Assembly: GCA_050298595.1 (NCBI GenBank)
Contig: JBNKUM010000094.1
Span: 64,001-128,000, forward strand
DNA length: 64,000 nt
From: Gammaproteobacteria bacterium
Lineage (GTDB): Bacteria; Pseudomonadota; Gammaproteobacteria; GCA-001735895
Direction of reading: 5' to 3'
The first letter of the stretch is position 1, and each line of letters begins with the position of its first letter. A model generated the notes under the pieces. That model did not search any database and had not been told where the DNA came from. It saw nothing but the letters and a program-made list of their open reading frames with translations. Both the position numbers and the translations under genes were made by a program. Of the stretch, positions 1-12,104 are shown in pieces.

Positions 1-743
<743 letters not shown>

Positions 744-781
744 AGTCTCTAATAGGTAATGGTTAGCGGCTGCTAGATAAT

Positions 782-1453
782 TTACTGACCAGTAGTCGAT
801 TGTTGACCAGATAATTCACGATATCTAAGCAAATCTTTGGCGTATTGTTGTTTAATGCGTGATTTTTCTTCAATCTTAAGTTCCAGTTGCTTCTGTTTAT
901 TTAGGATTTTTTCATGGAAGTATTCTATGTTTTGTGCCAGGCCGCCTGGCACAGCCTTGTCCTTACTGATGAATTGAGTTTGAGCACGTTGCTCCAGCTC
1001 CTGTAATTTGCCCTGTTCGATTTTGATATTTTTATTTAATAGTTGAATAACCGAATCTATGACGTCAATACGCTCCTGTTGAGCTTCCAGAATTTCATCT
1101 TCACTATTGAATGTCATCATCAGGACTCGGTCGTAATGCTCTTTTTCAGCCTTGATCCGTGCCTGTTTTTCAGCTTCTATTCTTTCTCTTTCTTTTTGCT
1201 GTTCGATTTCTGCACGTTCTGCATCGGATAGTGGTTTTTCTTTTGTTTCAATGACTCTACCATCAGGTGTCAGGGTCTGGTGGCGTTGCTTAGATTGCTC
1301 CACGGTCAATCGATCGCTGTAGCGGATATTGCCGTCCTCATCTACATATTTATATAACTTCGCTGCCTGAGCACTGTTGAGCAACAGCATGGTGGATATC
1401 AGACAAGCCAACAGGATATGGATAAAGTGGGTGATTGAGATTCTACAGCTCAT
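782..1453 (-). CDS. DUF4124-type exported protein with coiled coil
   Basis: Signal peptide then AKLYKYVDEDGNIRYSD, typical of the DUF4124 N-terminus; start uncertain (1453 or 1480). Confidence 0.7.
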   Translation of the reverse strand: MSCRISITHFIHILLACLISTMLLLNSAQAAKLYKYVDEDGNIRYSDRLTVEQSKQRHQTLTPDGRVIETKEKPLSDAERAEIEQQKERERIEAEKQARIKAEKEHYDRVLMMTFNSEDEILEAQQERIDVIDSVIQLLNKNIKIEQGKLQELEQRAQTQFISKDKAVPGGLAQNIEYFHEKILNKQKQLELKIEEKSRIKQQYAKDLLRYRELSGQQSTTGQ

Positions 1454-1553
1454 TTTGCAGTTGTGTCCTCCGTAATGCATGAGTAATTATCTACGATCAA
1501 TACTAGACTATTATAAAAGAATTGTAAGCTGAGCCACCTTGAACTAAGTCTTA

Positions 1554-2294
1554 TTAAATATGAGTGTATAGGCTTTGGATGACTACATTATCCCTGGATG
1601 TGACTATTGCGGCTATGCCCAGGTTTTGGGTATTCCATTCATCTTTGATTTCAATTTGATAGTTTAACTGCGGTGTTAGATTGAGTTCTGGGCTCAGATA
1701 TCTAACCACATGTTGATGATTCAGCCGGTTCCCGGTATTTTCGCCGGCATCTACCTGGCTGGACAGGTTGTCTTCAAAAATTACAAACTCAACATTTAAG
1801 ATATCATTTGCAGTATTTACGTTGTTCAGCTGTAGACGAATGACTTTGGGCTGTTTATCGACTTTAAGTTCAAGCTGAATTGGTGATTTACTCTGATTAG
1901 CCTGACGAATCTTGTTGATAATGTTTCGACTGCCTCTGGTTTCTATGCCATTTAACAAAAACTCAGGCGTATAAATGCTGTTTTGTCTATTGGCCCTGGC
2001 CAGCATACGTTGCCTGCTGGTGTATTGCGGGCTGGCAAAGGGATCTTTCCAGCCAATGTAATCCCAGTAGTCAACATGAAATGCGAGTGAGAGCACATCC
2101 AGCTCCTGTCTGGATAATTTGATGACTTCGCTCAACCAGCGATCTGCCGGTGGGCAGCTGCTACAACCTTCTGAGGTATACAGCTCTAATACGGGGGTCT
2201 GGAAAGGATTACTTTTGATGACTGTGGTTTGCGCCTGTGCAGGTGGAATGGCTAGCAACAGGAGTGCAATTGACACTGAATAGATACGGCGCAT
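1554..2294 (-). CDS. DUF1223 thioredoxin-like secreted protein
   Basis: Signal peptide; ELYTSEGCSSCPPAD and FHVDYWDYIGWKDPF signatures. Confidence 0.85.
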   Translation of the reverse strand: MRRIYSVSIALLLLAIPPAQAQTTVIKSNPFQTPVLELYTSEGCSSCPPADRWLSEVIKLSRQELDVLSLAFHVDYWDYIGWKDPFASPQYTSRQRMLARANRQNSIYTPEFLLNGIETRGSRNIINKIRQANQSKSPIQLELKVDKQPKVIRLQLNNVNTANDILNVEFVIFEDNLSSQVDAGENTGNRLNHQHVVRYLSPELNLTPQLNYQIEIKDEWNTQNLGIAAIVTSRDNVVIQSLYTHI

Positions 2295-2367
2295 AAAGGA
2301 TACTACTCATCAGGATTTATTGAGTAGTAGACGATGAGTGCCTGCTTAAAGTTCCGTCTCCGGGCAG

Positions 2368-3006
2368 CTAAACTGTACCGTAGCGCTCTCGATACGCGGT
2401 AACCGCCTGTAATTGTTGCTGATCGCCGCTTTGCTGCAGGTAGGTCATAATATCGGATAGCTGGATGATGGGGATGACATTGACCCCCTGTTGTCTAAGT
2501 TCCTCGATAGCCGATTTTTCACCCTGACCTTTTTCCTGCCGATCTAAAGCAATGGTGACGCCCTTAACCCTGGCTCCTAATGAGTCTATCAGCTGCATGG
2601 ATTGACGTATTGCTGTGCCAGCAGTGATCACGTCATCGATAATGAGGATGTCACCCTTAAGTTCTGCACCGACTATCTGACCACCTTCGCCGTGATCTTT
2701 CTTTTCCTTTCGGTCGAAAGCATAAGACTTATCGATATTGAATTGCTGGTACAGGCTGCTGGCAGTGATAGCGGCTAAGGGTATACCCTTGTATGCAGGG
2801 CCAAATAGTACATCAAATGCAATACCTGAATGCTGGATAGCCTGGGCATAGAAGTTTCCAAGTGCAGACAGGTCTGCCCCGCTATTGAATAGACCGGCGT
2901 TAAAAAAATAAGGACTCACGCGACCTGATTTAAGGGCAAATTCGCCAAATCGTAATACCCCTCGTTGGATGGAATAATCGAGAAACTGTTGCTGAAATTC
3001 CTGCAT
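2368..3006 (-). CDS. pyrE: Orotate phosphoribosyltransferase
   Basis: [43 protein letters not shown]. Confidence 0.97.
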   Translation of the reverse strand: MQEFQQQFLDYSIQRGVLRFGEFALKSGRVSPYFFNAGLFNSGADLSALGNFYAQAIQHSGIAFDVLFGPAYKGIPLAAITASSLYQQFNIDKSYAFDRKEKKDHGEGGQIVGAELKGDILIIDDVITAGTAIRQSMQLIDSLGARVKGVTIALDRQEKGQGEKSAIEELRQQGVNVIPIIQLSDIMTYLQQSGDQQQLQAVTAYRERYGTV

Positions 3007-3087
3007 TGTTCACCTGCTCTGTTAGATCTGTTGTATCATATCATAGATTTTTAAATTTCAGATTCAGCAGGGCGTTCCCCACACTTC

Positions 3088-3867
3088 ATGAAAATAATTT
3101 CGGTTAATACCAATGGCATACGTGCTGCTGCACGTAAAGGATTTTTCGACTGGTTACCTGAACAAAAGGCAGATGTGATTTGTGTGCAGGAAACTAAAGC
3201 ACAGTTTGATCAGCTACAGGATTCCGTGTTTCATCCCGAGGGATATCACTGTAGTTATTTTGATGCCCTGAAGAAGGGCTACAGCGGTACTGCAATTTAT
3301 GCACGACAAAAACCGCTGGAAGTCATTCGAGGTTTTGGTGATAGTGAGTTTGATAATGAGGGTCGCTATCTGGAGTACCGCTACAAAAACCTGTCAGTTA
3401 TTTCTCTGTATGCGCCTTCTGGTTCATCGGGTGATCATCGGCAGGAATCCAAAGAGCGATTCATGGTCAGTTTTAAATCGCATTTGATGGCGCTAAGACG
3501 CAAGCGCAGAGAGTTTGTCATCTGTGGTGACTGGAATATTGCGCACCATGAAATCGATTTAAAAAACTGGCGTGGCAATCGCAAGAACTCGGGTTTCCTG
3601 CCGCATGAACGCGCCTGGTTGACTGAGTTATTTGACTCTATGGGGTATGTGGATGCCTTTCGTGTGGTAGAGCCAGCGGCAGAGCAATATACCTGGTGGT
3701 CGAATCGCGGGCAGGCCTGGGAAAAGAATGTAGGGTGGCGTATCGATTATCAAATCGTGACACCGAAATTGAAACCGTCGATTGAATCTACTTCTATTTT
3801 TAAAGACCAACGCTTTTCAGATCATGCGCCACTGATCATGGATTATCGGTTCGATATCGAGGGATGA
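3088..3867 (+). CDS. xthA: Exodeoxyribonuclease III / AP endonuclease (Crc-related clade)
   Basis: NTNGIRA, QETK, GDWN, WRIDY and SDHAP catalytic motifs intact; divergent from pyrE. Confidence 0.9.
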   Translation: MKIISVNTNGIRAAARKGFFDWLPEQKADVICVQETKAQFDQLQDSVFHPEGYHCSYFDALKKGYSGTAIYARQKPLEVIRGFGDSEFDNEGRYLEYRYKNLSVISLYAPSGSSGDHRQESKERFMVSFKSHLMALRRKRREFVICGDWNIAHHEIDLKNWRGNRKNSGFLPHERAWLTELFDSMGYVDAFRVVEPAAEQYTWWSNRGQAWEKNVGWRIDYQIVTPKLKPSIESTSIFKDQRFSDHAPLIMDYRFDIEG

Positions 3868-5210
3868 ATAAAGTGCTTCATAACTGGTCACAGTCTTTTC
3901 TGGTTTATCGCCATCCGCGCGTGATTGCGATGTTGTTTCTGGGGTTTTCTTCGGGTTTACCCTTATTGCTGGTATTCGGAACCCTGTCGGCGTGGCTTAG
4001 AACCGAAGGAGTCGATAAAACCACTATTGGTTTTGTCAGCTGGGTGGCTCTGGCTTATGGTTTCAAGTTTGTCTGGTCACCGCTTGTTGACCGCATGCCG
4101 CTGCCATTTCTTACTTCTATGTTGGGCAAACGTAGAAGCTGGATGTTGCTGGCGCAGTTTGGAATAATGATCGGTTTGCTGAATATGGCGTTGAGTCACC
4201 CGACCATTGAGTTACAGTCAGTGGTGCTGTTTGCTGTATTGACTGCATTTTCATCTGCCACGCAGGATATTGCAATAGACGCCTGGCGTATTGAAGCAGT
4301 TGAAGAGGAGTATCAGGGAGCGATGGCAGCTGCCGTTCAACTGGGGTATCGCCTGGGCATGATTGTCGCTGGTGGCGGGGCATTTTCTCTTGCCTACTAT
4401 TATTCCTGGCCAGTCGCCTATCAGTTTATGGCTGCTTTTATGTTGCTTGGAGTGCTCATGGTATTTTTGATTTCAGAACCAGACCATGAGATGAATGAGC
4501 AACAGCGGATGCTGGAGAGCAAGATTGTGGAAACCCTCGAGATCCCAGTTTCTACAGGTTTTTTCAGTAGAATAAAAGACTGGGTTGCAGTTGCAGTGGT
4601 GAGTCCATTTGTTGAATTTTTTTCCCGACATGGCTTATTCGCTGTTGTTATTCTCCTGTTTATTATGGTGTTTCGTATCAGTGATATTACACTGGGTGTG
4701 ATGGCGAATCCGTTTTACATTGATATGGGCTACAACGAATTGCAGATCGGCCTGGTATCTAAAACCGTAGGTCCGGTGGTAACCATAGTAGGTGCTCTGT
4801 TTGGTGGTGTACTGGTAGTAAGGTACGGCAAGATGAGTATGCTGATGGCAGGTAGCATACTGGTGATTGTGACCAATTTGATGTTTTCCTGGCTAGCTAC
4901 TCAACAGGCCGAATTGATCTGGCTTATTCTGGTGGTGGGAGCCGATAATCTGGCGGGTGGGATTGCAACGACTACCTTTGTTGCTTATCTGTCAGCATTG
5001 ACCAACAAGGCTTATACGGCGACGCAGTATGCCCTGTTTAGTTCTATCATGTTGTTGCTGGCCAAGTTTGTGGCGGGGTTTTCCGGTGTAGTTGTCGATG
5101 CCACCAGCTATCCGGTGTTTTTTGCCTATGCCGCAGCACTCGGTCTACCTTCAATTTTTCTAATACTCATGTTAATGCGGCATGATCGTAGGGTCTTGAA
5201 TGGGCCTTAA
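3864..5210 (+). CDS. ampG: AmpG muropeptide MFS permease
   Basis: LGFSSGLP, KFVWSPLVD, ATQDIAIDAWRIE, TATQYAL. Confidence 0.93.
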   Translation: MNKVLHNWSQSFLVYRHPRVIAMLFLGFSSGLPLLLVFGTLSAWLRTEGVDKTTIGFVSWVALAYGFKFVWSPLVDRMPLPFLTSMLGKRRSWMLLAQFGIMIGLLNMALSHPTIELQSVVLFAVLTAFSSATQDIAIDAWRIEAVEEEYQGAMAAAVQLGYRLGMIVAGGGAFSLAYYYSWPVAYQFMAAFMLLGVLMVFLISEPDHEMNEQQRMLESKIVETLEIPVSTGFFSRIKDWVAVAVVSPFVEFFSRHGLFAVVILLFIMVFRISDITLGVMANPFYIDMGYNELQIGLVSKTVGPVVTIVGALFGGVLVVRYGKMSMLMAGSILVIVTNLMFSWLATQQAELIWLILVVGADNLAGGIATTTFVAYLSALTNKAYTATQYALFSSIMLLLAKFVAGFSGVVVDATSYPVFFAYAAALGLPSIFLILMLMRHDRRVLNGP

Positions 5211-5282
5211 AAAGCGCCTGGATAGATTCGCGGCCAGTAACAGGTATACTCCCAACTAAAAAATCATCAGTAGATTTATTCT

Positions 5283-6098
5283 GTGAAAAACGATAATCAA
5301 GACCATAAGCCTCCAGTAGTAATGACTTTTTCTGGTCACGATACCACCGGTGGTGCCGGCGTTCATGCTGATATAGAAGCGATTAGTAGCCAGGGGTGCC
5401 ATGCTGCAACGGTGGTGACCTGTTTGACGATACAGGACACTATCGATGTATCCACTTTGATTCCGATCGATGACGATATCGTTATTCAGTCGGCGCGCGC
5501 GGTACTGGAGGATATGCCGGTAGCGGCCTTCAAGATAGGTTTGTTAGGTAGTGTAGAGGTTATCGAAGCAGTACACTCGATTCTGTATGACTATCCCAAT
5601 ATCCCTGTGATTTTCGATCCGATTCTGGCCAGTGGTTCTGGTACAGAGCTGGCGAATGCAGATGTAATTGATGCCATGAGCGCTTTGCTATTTCCGGAAA
5701 CTAATGTGTTAACGCCGAATACATTAGAGGCTGCTGCACTGGTTCCTGAAGCGGATACACATGCTGCAATGGCCTATGGTTTAATGGATAGAGGCTGTGA
5801 CCATGTGCTGTTAACCGGAACCCATGACGACAATCATCATGTGGTAAATCGTCTCTATTATAATCAGCGTGAGATCGATAGTTTCGAATGGCCTCGTCTG
5901 GCGCATGAATACCATGGCAGCGGATGTACGCTGGCATCTACACTGGCGGCTTTGATGGCACGGGGACTCGATCCACTCTCTGCTTCGCGTGAGGCACAGA
6001 ACTTCACCTGGCATAGCCTTAACAATGCGTACCGTCTGGGCATGGGGCAATTAATTCCAAATCGACTATTTTGGGTAGATGAGGCTGGTGAAGAGTAG
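5283..6098 (+). CDS. thiD: Hydroxymethylpyrimidine/phosphomethylpyrimidine kinase
   Basis: DTTGGAGVHAD, FDPIL, LTPN, HGSGCTLAS; thiD-thiE-hemL synteny. Confidence 0.88.
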   Translation: MKNDNQDHKPPVVMTFSGHDTTGGAGVHADIEAISSQGCHAATVVTCLTIQDTIDVSTLIPIDDDIVIQSARAVLEDMPVAAFKIGLLGSVEVIEAVHSILYDYPNIPVIFDPILASGSGTELANADVIDAMSALLFPETNVLTPNTLEAAALVPEADTHAAMAYGLMDRGCDHVLLTGTHDDNHHVVNRLYYNQREIDSFEWPRLAHEYHGSGCTLASTLAALMARGLDPLSASREAQNFTWHSLNNAYRLGMGQLIPNRLFWVDEAGEE

Positions 6099-6714
6099 CC
6101 TGGCCGGTTTATACGGCATTACTGATTCAAGCCTTCAGCCATCTACTGCGAGTCTGCTAAATGCGGTTGAGTCAGCGCTGGATGGTGGCATGAAGATTCT
6201 GCAGTATCGTGAAAAAAAATTACCGGAATCAGAACAAATACAACAGGCACAGGCGTTAAAAAGACTGTGTGATGAGTATCAGGCGCTATTTATCATCAAT
6301 GATAATGTCGCGCTGGCCCTCAAAGTAGGTGCTGATGGTGTGCATCTGGGCAAATCCGATAGCGATATTGAGTGGGCACGTAGTCAACTGGGTGGTGACA
6401 AGCTCATAGGGGCTTCCTGTTATAACCGCATTGATCTGGCTCTTGATGCGCAAAACAGAGGGGTTGATTATGTGGCATTCGGTCGTTTTTTTCCTTCGCT
6501 GACCAAACCTGACGCAGTTCAGGCAAATCCACAGATGTTACAGCAGGCATGTCAGCAATTGACTGTTCCAGTGTGTGCCATTGGTGGGATAAGTCTTGAA
6601 AATGCGAATATTTTGATCGAGCAGGGTGCTGATATGATTGCCGTTATTCATGATCTGTTTTCTGCCAGAGATATCCGGTATCGAGCCCGTGATTTTACGG
6701 CGCTATTTCTGTAG
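6079..6714 (+). CDS. thiE: Thiamine-phosphate synthase
   Basis: LYGIT, QYREK, IIND, DGVHLG, TKP, AIGGI. Confidence 0.93.
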   Translation: MRLVKSSLAGLYGITDSSLQPSTASLLNAVESALDGGMKILQYREKKLPESEQIQQAQALKRLCDEYQALFIINDNVALALKVGADGVHLGKSDSDIEWARSQLGGDKLIGASCYNRIDLALDAQNRGVDYVAFGRFFPSLTKPDAVQANPQMLQQACQQLTVPVCAIGGISLENANILIEQGADMIAVIHDLFSARDIRYRARDFTALFL

Positions 6715-6772
6715 TTCTAAGTGCCTGAGTTTTTGCGTAGAATAGCGGCCAATTAAATTAAGAGAATCCGAT

Positions 6773-8062
6773 ATGAGTCAATCCGAAATCTTATTTCAAC
6801 GTGCATTGAAAACAATCCCCGGCGGCGTGAATTCACCCGTACGTGCATTTAATGGAGTAGGTGGTACACCTCTCTTCATCAAGAGTGCAAAAGGGGCTTA
6901 TCTATACGATGCAGATGGAAAGGCCTATATCGATTATGTAGGTTCCTGGGGGCCTATGATCTGTGGGCATGCCAATGAAGAAATCATCGAAGCGGTCAAG
7001 CTGGCAGTGGATAATGGCCTGAGTTTCGGGGCGCCTACCGAACTGGAGATTGATCTGGCAGAAAAAATCTGTGCAATTATGCCGGGTATGGATCAGGTAC
7101 GTATGACCAATTCAGGCACCGAGGCTACCATGTCGGCGATCCGGCTGGCGCGGGGCTATACAGGGCGTGAGAAAATCATCAAGTTTGAAGGTTGTTATCA
7201 TGGGCATGGAGATTCCCTGCTGGTGAAAGCAGGCTCTGGTGCACTTACTATGGGCGTACCGAGTTCGCCAGGTATTCCTGCTGCACTGGCAGAAAACACA
7301 TTGACGCTTGAATACAATAATATTGCACAGGTTAATGCGTTATTTGCTGAGCTGGGTGAACAGATTGCCTGTCTGATCGTGGAGCCGGTAGCAGGAAATA
7401 TGAACTGTATTCCACCCGTGCCGGGCTTTCTTGAATGCCTACGCGAAAACTGTAGTAAATATGGAGCGGTATTTATTATCGACGAGGTAATGACCGGTTT
7501 CAGAGTGGGACTGACGGGGGCGCAGGGTTATTACGGAGTGCAGCCCGACTTGACTACTCTAGGTAAGGTAATAGGTGGTGGTATGCCTGTTGGGGCATTT
7601 GGTGGCAAGCAGGAGATTATGAATCATCTGGCACCTGTAGGACCGGTCTATCAGGCGGGCACGTTATCGGGTAATCCGATTGCGATGACGGCGGGATTAA
7701 AGAATCTGGAGATTATCACTCGAGAAGGTTTTTATGAGGAATTAACCCGTAAAACTGATTTTCTGGTGGATGGCCTGTTGGCTGCAGCCAGGCGTCAGGG
7801 TATTTCAATGGTGGCAAATAAGGTTGGTGCTATGTTTGGCCTGTTTTTTACCGATCAGGAGAAGGTGCAAAGCTTTGCTGATGTTGGTAGATGCGATATT
7901 GAGCGATTTAAGGCATTCTTTCATGGCATGCTGGAGCAGGGCGTTAATTTTGCACCATCAGCCTATGAAGCGGGCTTCGTCAGCTCTGCGCATGATGATG
8001 CAATCCTGCAACAGACTATCGATAAAGCTGAAATCGTTTTCCAGTCTTTATCAGGTAGTTAA
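6773..8062 (+). CDS. hemL: Glutamate-1-semialdehyde 2,1-aminomutase
   Basis: [39 protein letters not shown]. Confidence 0.97.
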   Translation: MSQSEILFQRALKTIPGGVNSPVRAFNGVGGTPLFIKSAKGAYLYDADGKAYIDYVGSWGPMICGHANEEIIEAVKLAVDNGLSFGAPTELEIDLAEKICAIMPGMDQVRMTNSGTEATMSAIRLARGYTGREKIIKFEGCYHGHGDSLLVKAGSGALTMGVPSSPGIPAALAENTLTLEYNNIAQVNALFAELGEQIACLIVEPVAGNMNCIPPVPGFLECLRENCSKYGAVFIIDEVMTGFRVGLTGAQGYYGVQPDLTTLGKVIGGGMPVGAFGGKQEIMNHLAPVGPVYQAGTLSGNPIAMTAGLKNLEIITREGFYEELTRKTDFLVDGLLAAARRQGISMVANKVGAMFGLFFTDQEKVQSFADVGRCDIERFKAFFHGMLEQGVNFAPSAYEAGFVSSAHDDAILQQTIDKAEIVFQSLSGS

Positions 8063-8610
8063 AATCTCACCATTTGTGCGGCCACCTGGTCGCGCAGAGT
8101 CTTATTGCCCAGGCGTTCAATCAATGTGAGGGCAAAATCCATCGCAGTGCCAGGGCCTCTGGAGGTGATGATATTGTTATCAATCTCTACCGGGTTGGTT
8201 GAAATCGTAAATCCAGAGCAATCGAGCTGATCCATAGCGCCGGGGTAACAGGTAATGGTTTTACCTTGCAGAATACCACTGGCAGCCAGTGCTTTGGGGG
8301 CCGCGCAGATTGCGCCGACGGTTTTTCCTTTGGCGTGTTGCCGTTGAATCAGCGACTGAACATCTGCATTGTCGCGTAAGTTATCGGCACCGGGCAAGCC
8401 GCCGGGTAGTACGATTAAATCGAATTCTTCATTGATGACTTTTTGAATGCTGGTATCGGGGATAATAACGGTTTTTCGACTGGCAGTAACCGGCTGGTCG
8501 TCAAGTCCTGCGCTAATCACGTCAAACCCTGCTCTACGTAGCAGGTCGATAATGGTTATTGCTTCGAGCTCTTCGAATCCATCTGCAAGTGGGACAAGTA
8601 CCTTGGCCAT
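8059..8610 (-). CDS. yajL: DJ-1/ThiJ/YajL family protein
   Basis: GFEELE, LPGG, AICAAP, TSRGPGT. Confidence 0.9.
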   Translation of the reverse strand: MAKVLVPLADGFEELEAITIIDLLRRAGFDVISAGLDDQPVTASRKTVIIPDTSIQKVINEEFDLIVLPGGLPGADNLRDNADVQSLIQRQHAKGKTVGAICAAPKALAASGILQGKTITCYPGAMDQLDCSGFTISTNPVEIDNNIITSRGPGTAMDFALTLIERLGNKTLRDQVAAQMVRF

Positions 8611-9353
8611 TCTGTTTCCTCCTGTTGAAGATTTGCTACCTGTTGAGATAGCGTAATAAATTCAAATTCATCGCCCATTTCCTCCATTTTTTCCAATAGA
8701 ATATCAATCGTATTCTGATAGGGGTGAGCAATGGCTACAGCATGCCCATTTTCTCTGGCTAACGCTAACCAGCGGTCAAATTGATGGCGGATAGAATCCA
8801 GGTTGTTACGATCGGCATCTAAAAAGACATCACGTTTAAGTGTCGGTACGCCGGCAACCAATGCCTGTTGATAGGCTGTGCTTAATGCAGACGTTCTACT
8901 GTCCAGAAAATATAATGACTGATTCTGTTGTTTGATGGTTTCCATCACTGGGCGCATGATGTAACCGATCTCAGTTAGTCGGCTTCCCATGTGATTGTTG
9001 ATGCCCTTAATATGAGGGATATCCTTTATCATACTGACTACACTGTCGGCGATTTGTCGTTCGCTCATCTGCTCATTCAGTGCGCTGGATTCAATAATCA
9101 GGTCAGTGGAGGCCTGCATCGGCATATGCAGCATGACTTCATGACCATTCTGGTAAGCGAATTCTGCAATTTTTTTACTGTATGTGGTTTCAGGGATAAT
9201 CGCAAAGGTATGATCCCCCGGCAGGCTTAAGACCTTTTTTGCCTGTTCAAATGAATATCCCAGATCGTCAATAACCAGAGACAGCGTGGGCTTTTTAGCC
9301 CAGGCTGCACTGCTTAGTAGTACTAGAAAGAATAACGAAAACGGTCTGATCAT
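8556..9353 (-). CDS. yibQ: Divergent polysaccharide deacetylase (YibQ family)
   Basis: VIDDLG, LHMPM, NNHMGS, FLDSRT, RDVFLD, IAHP; envC-ctpA-yibQ synteny. Confidence 0.88.
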   Translation of the reverse strand: MIRPFSLFFLVLLSSAAWAKKPTLSLVIDDLGYSFEQAKKVLSLPGDHTFAIIPETTYSKKIAEFAYQNGHEVMLHMPMQASTDLIIESSALNEQMSERQIADSVVSMIKDIPHIKGINNHMGSRLTEIGYIMRPVMETIKQQNQSLYFLDSRTSALSTAYQQALVAGVPTLKRDVFLDADRNNLDSIRHQFDRWLALARENGHAVAIAHPYQNTIDILLEKMEEMGDEFEFITLSQQVANLQQEETEWPRYLSHLQMDSKSSKQ

Positions 9354-10684
9354 CCTCTACTCTGTTGGATGCTATTAGCGATAGATAGTCCTTTGAGTAG
9401 ATTTAACGCTTCGAATAACTGGTAATCAGTTTCGGACAGTTTTTCTTCCTTTTTTGAAGTGTCATCATTGGCATCTTTGCTGTCTGTATTACTGCTCTGT
9501 TCGTCGCCATTGATCGGGTTACTCAGGTGCCCTGTCAGATCTTTTTCTGAGATTCGATTAGTATTTTTTTCCCTGGCTTTAACTTCGACATTACTCAATT
9601 CAATATCCGGGACAATACCTTCAGCCTGAATGGAGCGGCCATTTGGTGTGAAATAACGGGCGGTGGTTAATTTTACCGCTGAGCCATTGCGTAGTTCCTG
9701 AATGGTTTGAACCGAGCCTTTACCAAAGGTTTTAAAGCCCATGATGATTGCACGTTTATGATCCTGCATAGCGCCAGCAACGATTTCTGAAGCTGATGCC
9801 GAACCGCTATTTACCAGAATGACCAGCGGAGCACCGTTTAGTGCATCGCCAGGAGTTGCGTTGTATTTCAGGCTGGAGTCATCGATACGACCCTCGGTAT
9901 ATACGATCAGTCCATCATTCAAAAAGGCGTCTGAAACGCCCACGGCGCCATTTAAAACACCGCCCGGGTTGTTTCTTAAATCGAGTACCATGCCTTTCAG
10001 AGCTGATTCTTCCTGCAAATCAGCAACAGCTTTTAACAGGTCGGTAGTGGTGCGTGACTGAAAGTTAGTGATACGGACATAGCCATAACCGGGTTCCAGC
10101 ACGCGTTTTTTAACGCTTTTCACCCGGATGATTTCACGAGTAATGGTGATTTTTAGAGGTTGAGACTCACCTTCGCGCACTATGGTCAGGACGATATCTG
10201 TGCCGGGTTTACCGCGCATGACTTTGACCGCATCGTTCAATGTCATGCCTTTAACTGGTTTTTCGTCCAGGCGAACAATCAGATCACCGGCTTTTACACC
10301 AGCATGTGATGCTGGAGTGTCATCAATAGGAGAGATGACCTTCACAAAACCATTTTCCATACCAACTTCAATGCCCAGGCCACCAAACTGTCCAGTGGTA
10401 CCTATGCGTAGTTCGCCAAATTCTTCGGTGTCAAGATATGACGAATGGGGGTCTAGACCCGATAGCATGCCGCGTATCGCATCTTCCAGTAGTTTTTTGT
10501 CGTCAACCTGCTCAACGTAGTCAGATTTGATTCTGGAGAATACATCAGTAAATGCCTGTAAATCCTCAAAAGGAATGGGGTTCTCATTGCTTTTTAAAGC
10601 GAAAACACTATGTCCGATAGCCATAGACAGGCCTATTAAAAGGCCTGCAATAAAAAAAGTGGAAGTTCTGAGTTTTTGTACCAT
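9350..10684 (-). CDS. ctpA: Carboxyl-terminal processing protease (S41)
   Basis: LDPHS, PDZ GLGI, DLRNNPGG, SASASEI, TFGKGSVQ; start placed at the ATG with GGAG RBS. Confidence 0.93.
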   Translation of the reverse strand: MVQKLRTSTFFIAGLLIGLSMAIGHSVFALKSNENPIPFEDLQAFTDVFSRIKSDYVEQVDDKKLLEDAIRGMLSGLDPHSSYLDTEEFGELRIGTTGQFGGLGIEVGMENGFVKVISPIDDTPASHAGVKAGDLIVRLDEKPVKGMTLNDAVKVMRGKPGTDIVLTIVREGESQPLKITITREIIRVKSVKKRVLEPGYGYVRITNFQSRTTTDLLKAVADLQEESALKGMVLDLRNNPGGVLNGAVGVSDAFLNDGLIVYTEGRIDDSSLKYNATPGDALNGAPLVILVNSGSASASEIVAGAMQDHKRAIIMGFKTFGKGSVQTIQELRNGSAVKLTTARYFTPNGRSIQAEGIVPDIELSNVEVKAREKNTNRISEKDLTGHLSNPINGDEQSSNTDSKDANDDTSKKEEKLSETDYQLFEALNLLKGLSIANSIQQSRG

Positions 10685-10818
10685 GTAAATCTCCAATAAG
10701 GTCACGCTTAAGTGTAGACCATATATATGTGATGAAGTTGTTTTTCGAATTTGAATAATTCGATATTTTTAAAAGTCAGACTATATAACAGTTGGGCGGT
10801 GAAGGATATCCGTCTTGT

Positions 10819-11979
10819 TTAAGTGGCAAACCAGTTGCGGATATTACACCAGATAGAGGGATTTAAAGGTTTACCCTTTTTGCGAATTTCAAAATATAAG
10901 CCGGGATGATTTTGTCCTCCACTGTTACCTATACTGGCTACTACATCCCCAGCTTCTACCCATTCTCCTGCGGATTTATAAAGCGATTGATTATGCCCGT
11001 AAAGCGATAAATAACCCTCTCCATGGTCGATAATGATTAAATTGCCCATTCCACGTAACCAGTCAGAGAATGCTACTCTTCCATGTGAAACAGCTCGAAC
11101 GTTGTTGCCTTCGTTTGCTTTAATCACCACGCCTTGCCAGCGCAGGTTGGAAGGGGGTTTCAGATGACCAAATAGTTTGCGCACATTCCCCTTTACTGGC
11201 CAGGCAAGCTTGCCTTTTAATTTCGAGAATTTTGTATTCGAAGCTGGTGGTGAGGGAATGTCGGTTAGAATTTCTGATAATGAATTGATTAACTGGGTCA
11301 GATTTTTCGCATCCTCTTCTAACTGGTCCAGGTTTTTACCCTGTTTTTTAAGATCTTTCTCAAGATTCGCTATAATGGTTTCTCTTTGTTTGTGATTTTG
11401 AGTTAACGTAGCTTTCTGTTTTTCCAGGTCTGAGAGCAGAGTTTCCAGTTCCTTGCTGGCCTGTTGAATAAGTAATTGATTGGCGTTTAATTGCTGAAAA
11501 TTGATTTGTGCGGAATCTATTAAACCCAGTCGATAGCGTGTGAAGTATTCATAATAGGTTAGATTGCGTTGTAGTTGAGCTGCGTTTTTCTGTGAAAAAA
11601 GGAGTTTGATCTGTTCCTGCTGGCCCAGCGTATAGGCAGCATGAAGCTGCTGGGCAAGTTGCTGGTTTTGCTGGATTATTGATTGCTGAATTCGTTTTTT
11701 GTCCTGATTTAGCGTGCTCAGTGATCTTTGTTTGGACTTTAGAGCCTGTTTTGAGCTATTGATTTGCTGGCTCACCTTACCAATCTTTTTTTCAATGTTG
11801 CGTAATTGTTTGCTGTAACTTGACTTGCTATTTTCCTTAACCTCAATTGTCTGACGTAATTTTTCAATACGTGATTTAAGTTGAGAGAGTTCTTTTTGTT
11901 TGCGGGTCCTGTCATCTGAAAAAGCGCTGACATGGAATAAAATGGTTATAGTAGTAAGGGCAATGAACAGGAAACGCAT
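10819..11979 (-). CDS. envC: Murein hydrolase activator EnvC (coiled coil + degenerate M23)
   Basis: Long coiled coil; WPVKG, IIDHG, LYGHN, LYFEIR. Confidence 0.9.
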   Translation of the reverse strand: MRFLFIALTTITILFHVSAFSDDRTRKQKELSQLKSRIEKLRQTIEVKENSKSSYSKQLRNIEKKIGKVSQQINSSKQALKSKQRSLSTLNQDKKRIQQSIIQQNQQLAQQLHAAYTLGQQEQIKLLFSQKNAAQLQRNLTYYEYFTRYRLGLIDSAQINFQQLNANQLLIQQASKELETLLSDLEKQKATLTQNHKQRETIIANLEKDLKKQGKNLDQLEEDAKNLTQLINSLSEILTDIPSPPASNTKFSKLKGKLAWPVKGNVRKLFGHLKPPSNLRWQGVVIKANEGNNVRAVSHGRVAFSDWLRGMGNLIIIDHGEGYLSLYGHNQSLYKSAGEWVEAGDVVASIGNSGGQNHPGLYFEIRKKGKPLNPSIWCNIRNWFAT

Positions 11980-12104
11980 CGTTAATAGTAAATTTATGTA
12001 TTTGATTTTAGGAATATTAATGATGAATTGTTATAAAAAAATGTGACTCATATCAAGTGCACGCATGATGATACTTTAATATAGCGATAATGGCGATGCT
12101 GATA

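Noticed and set aside
8556-8610. 55-bp overlap of yibQ with yajL as a possible frameshift
   Set aside because: Both proteins are complete and yajL has a good AGGAGG RBS; most simply a run-on C-terminus.
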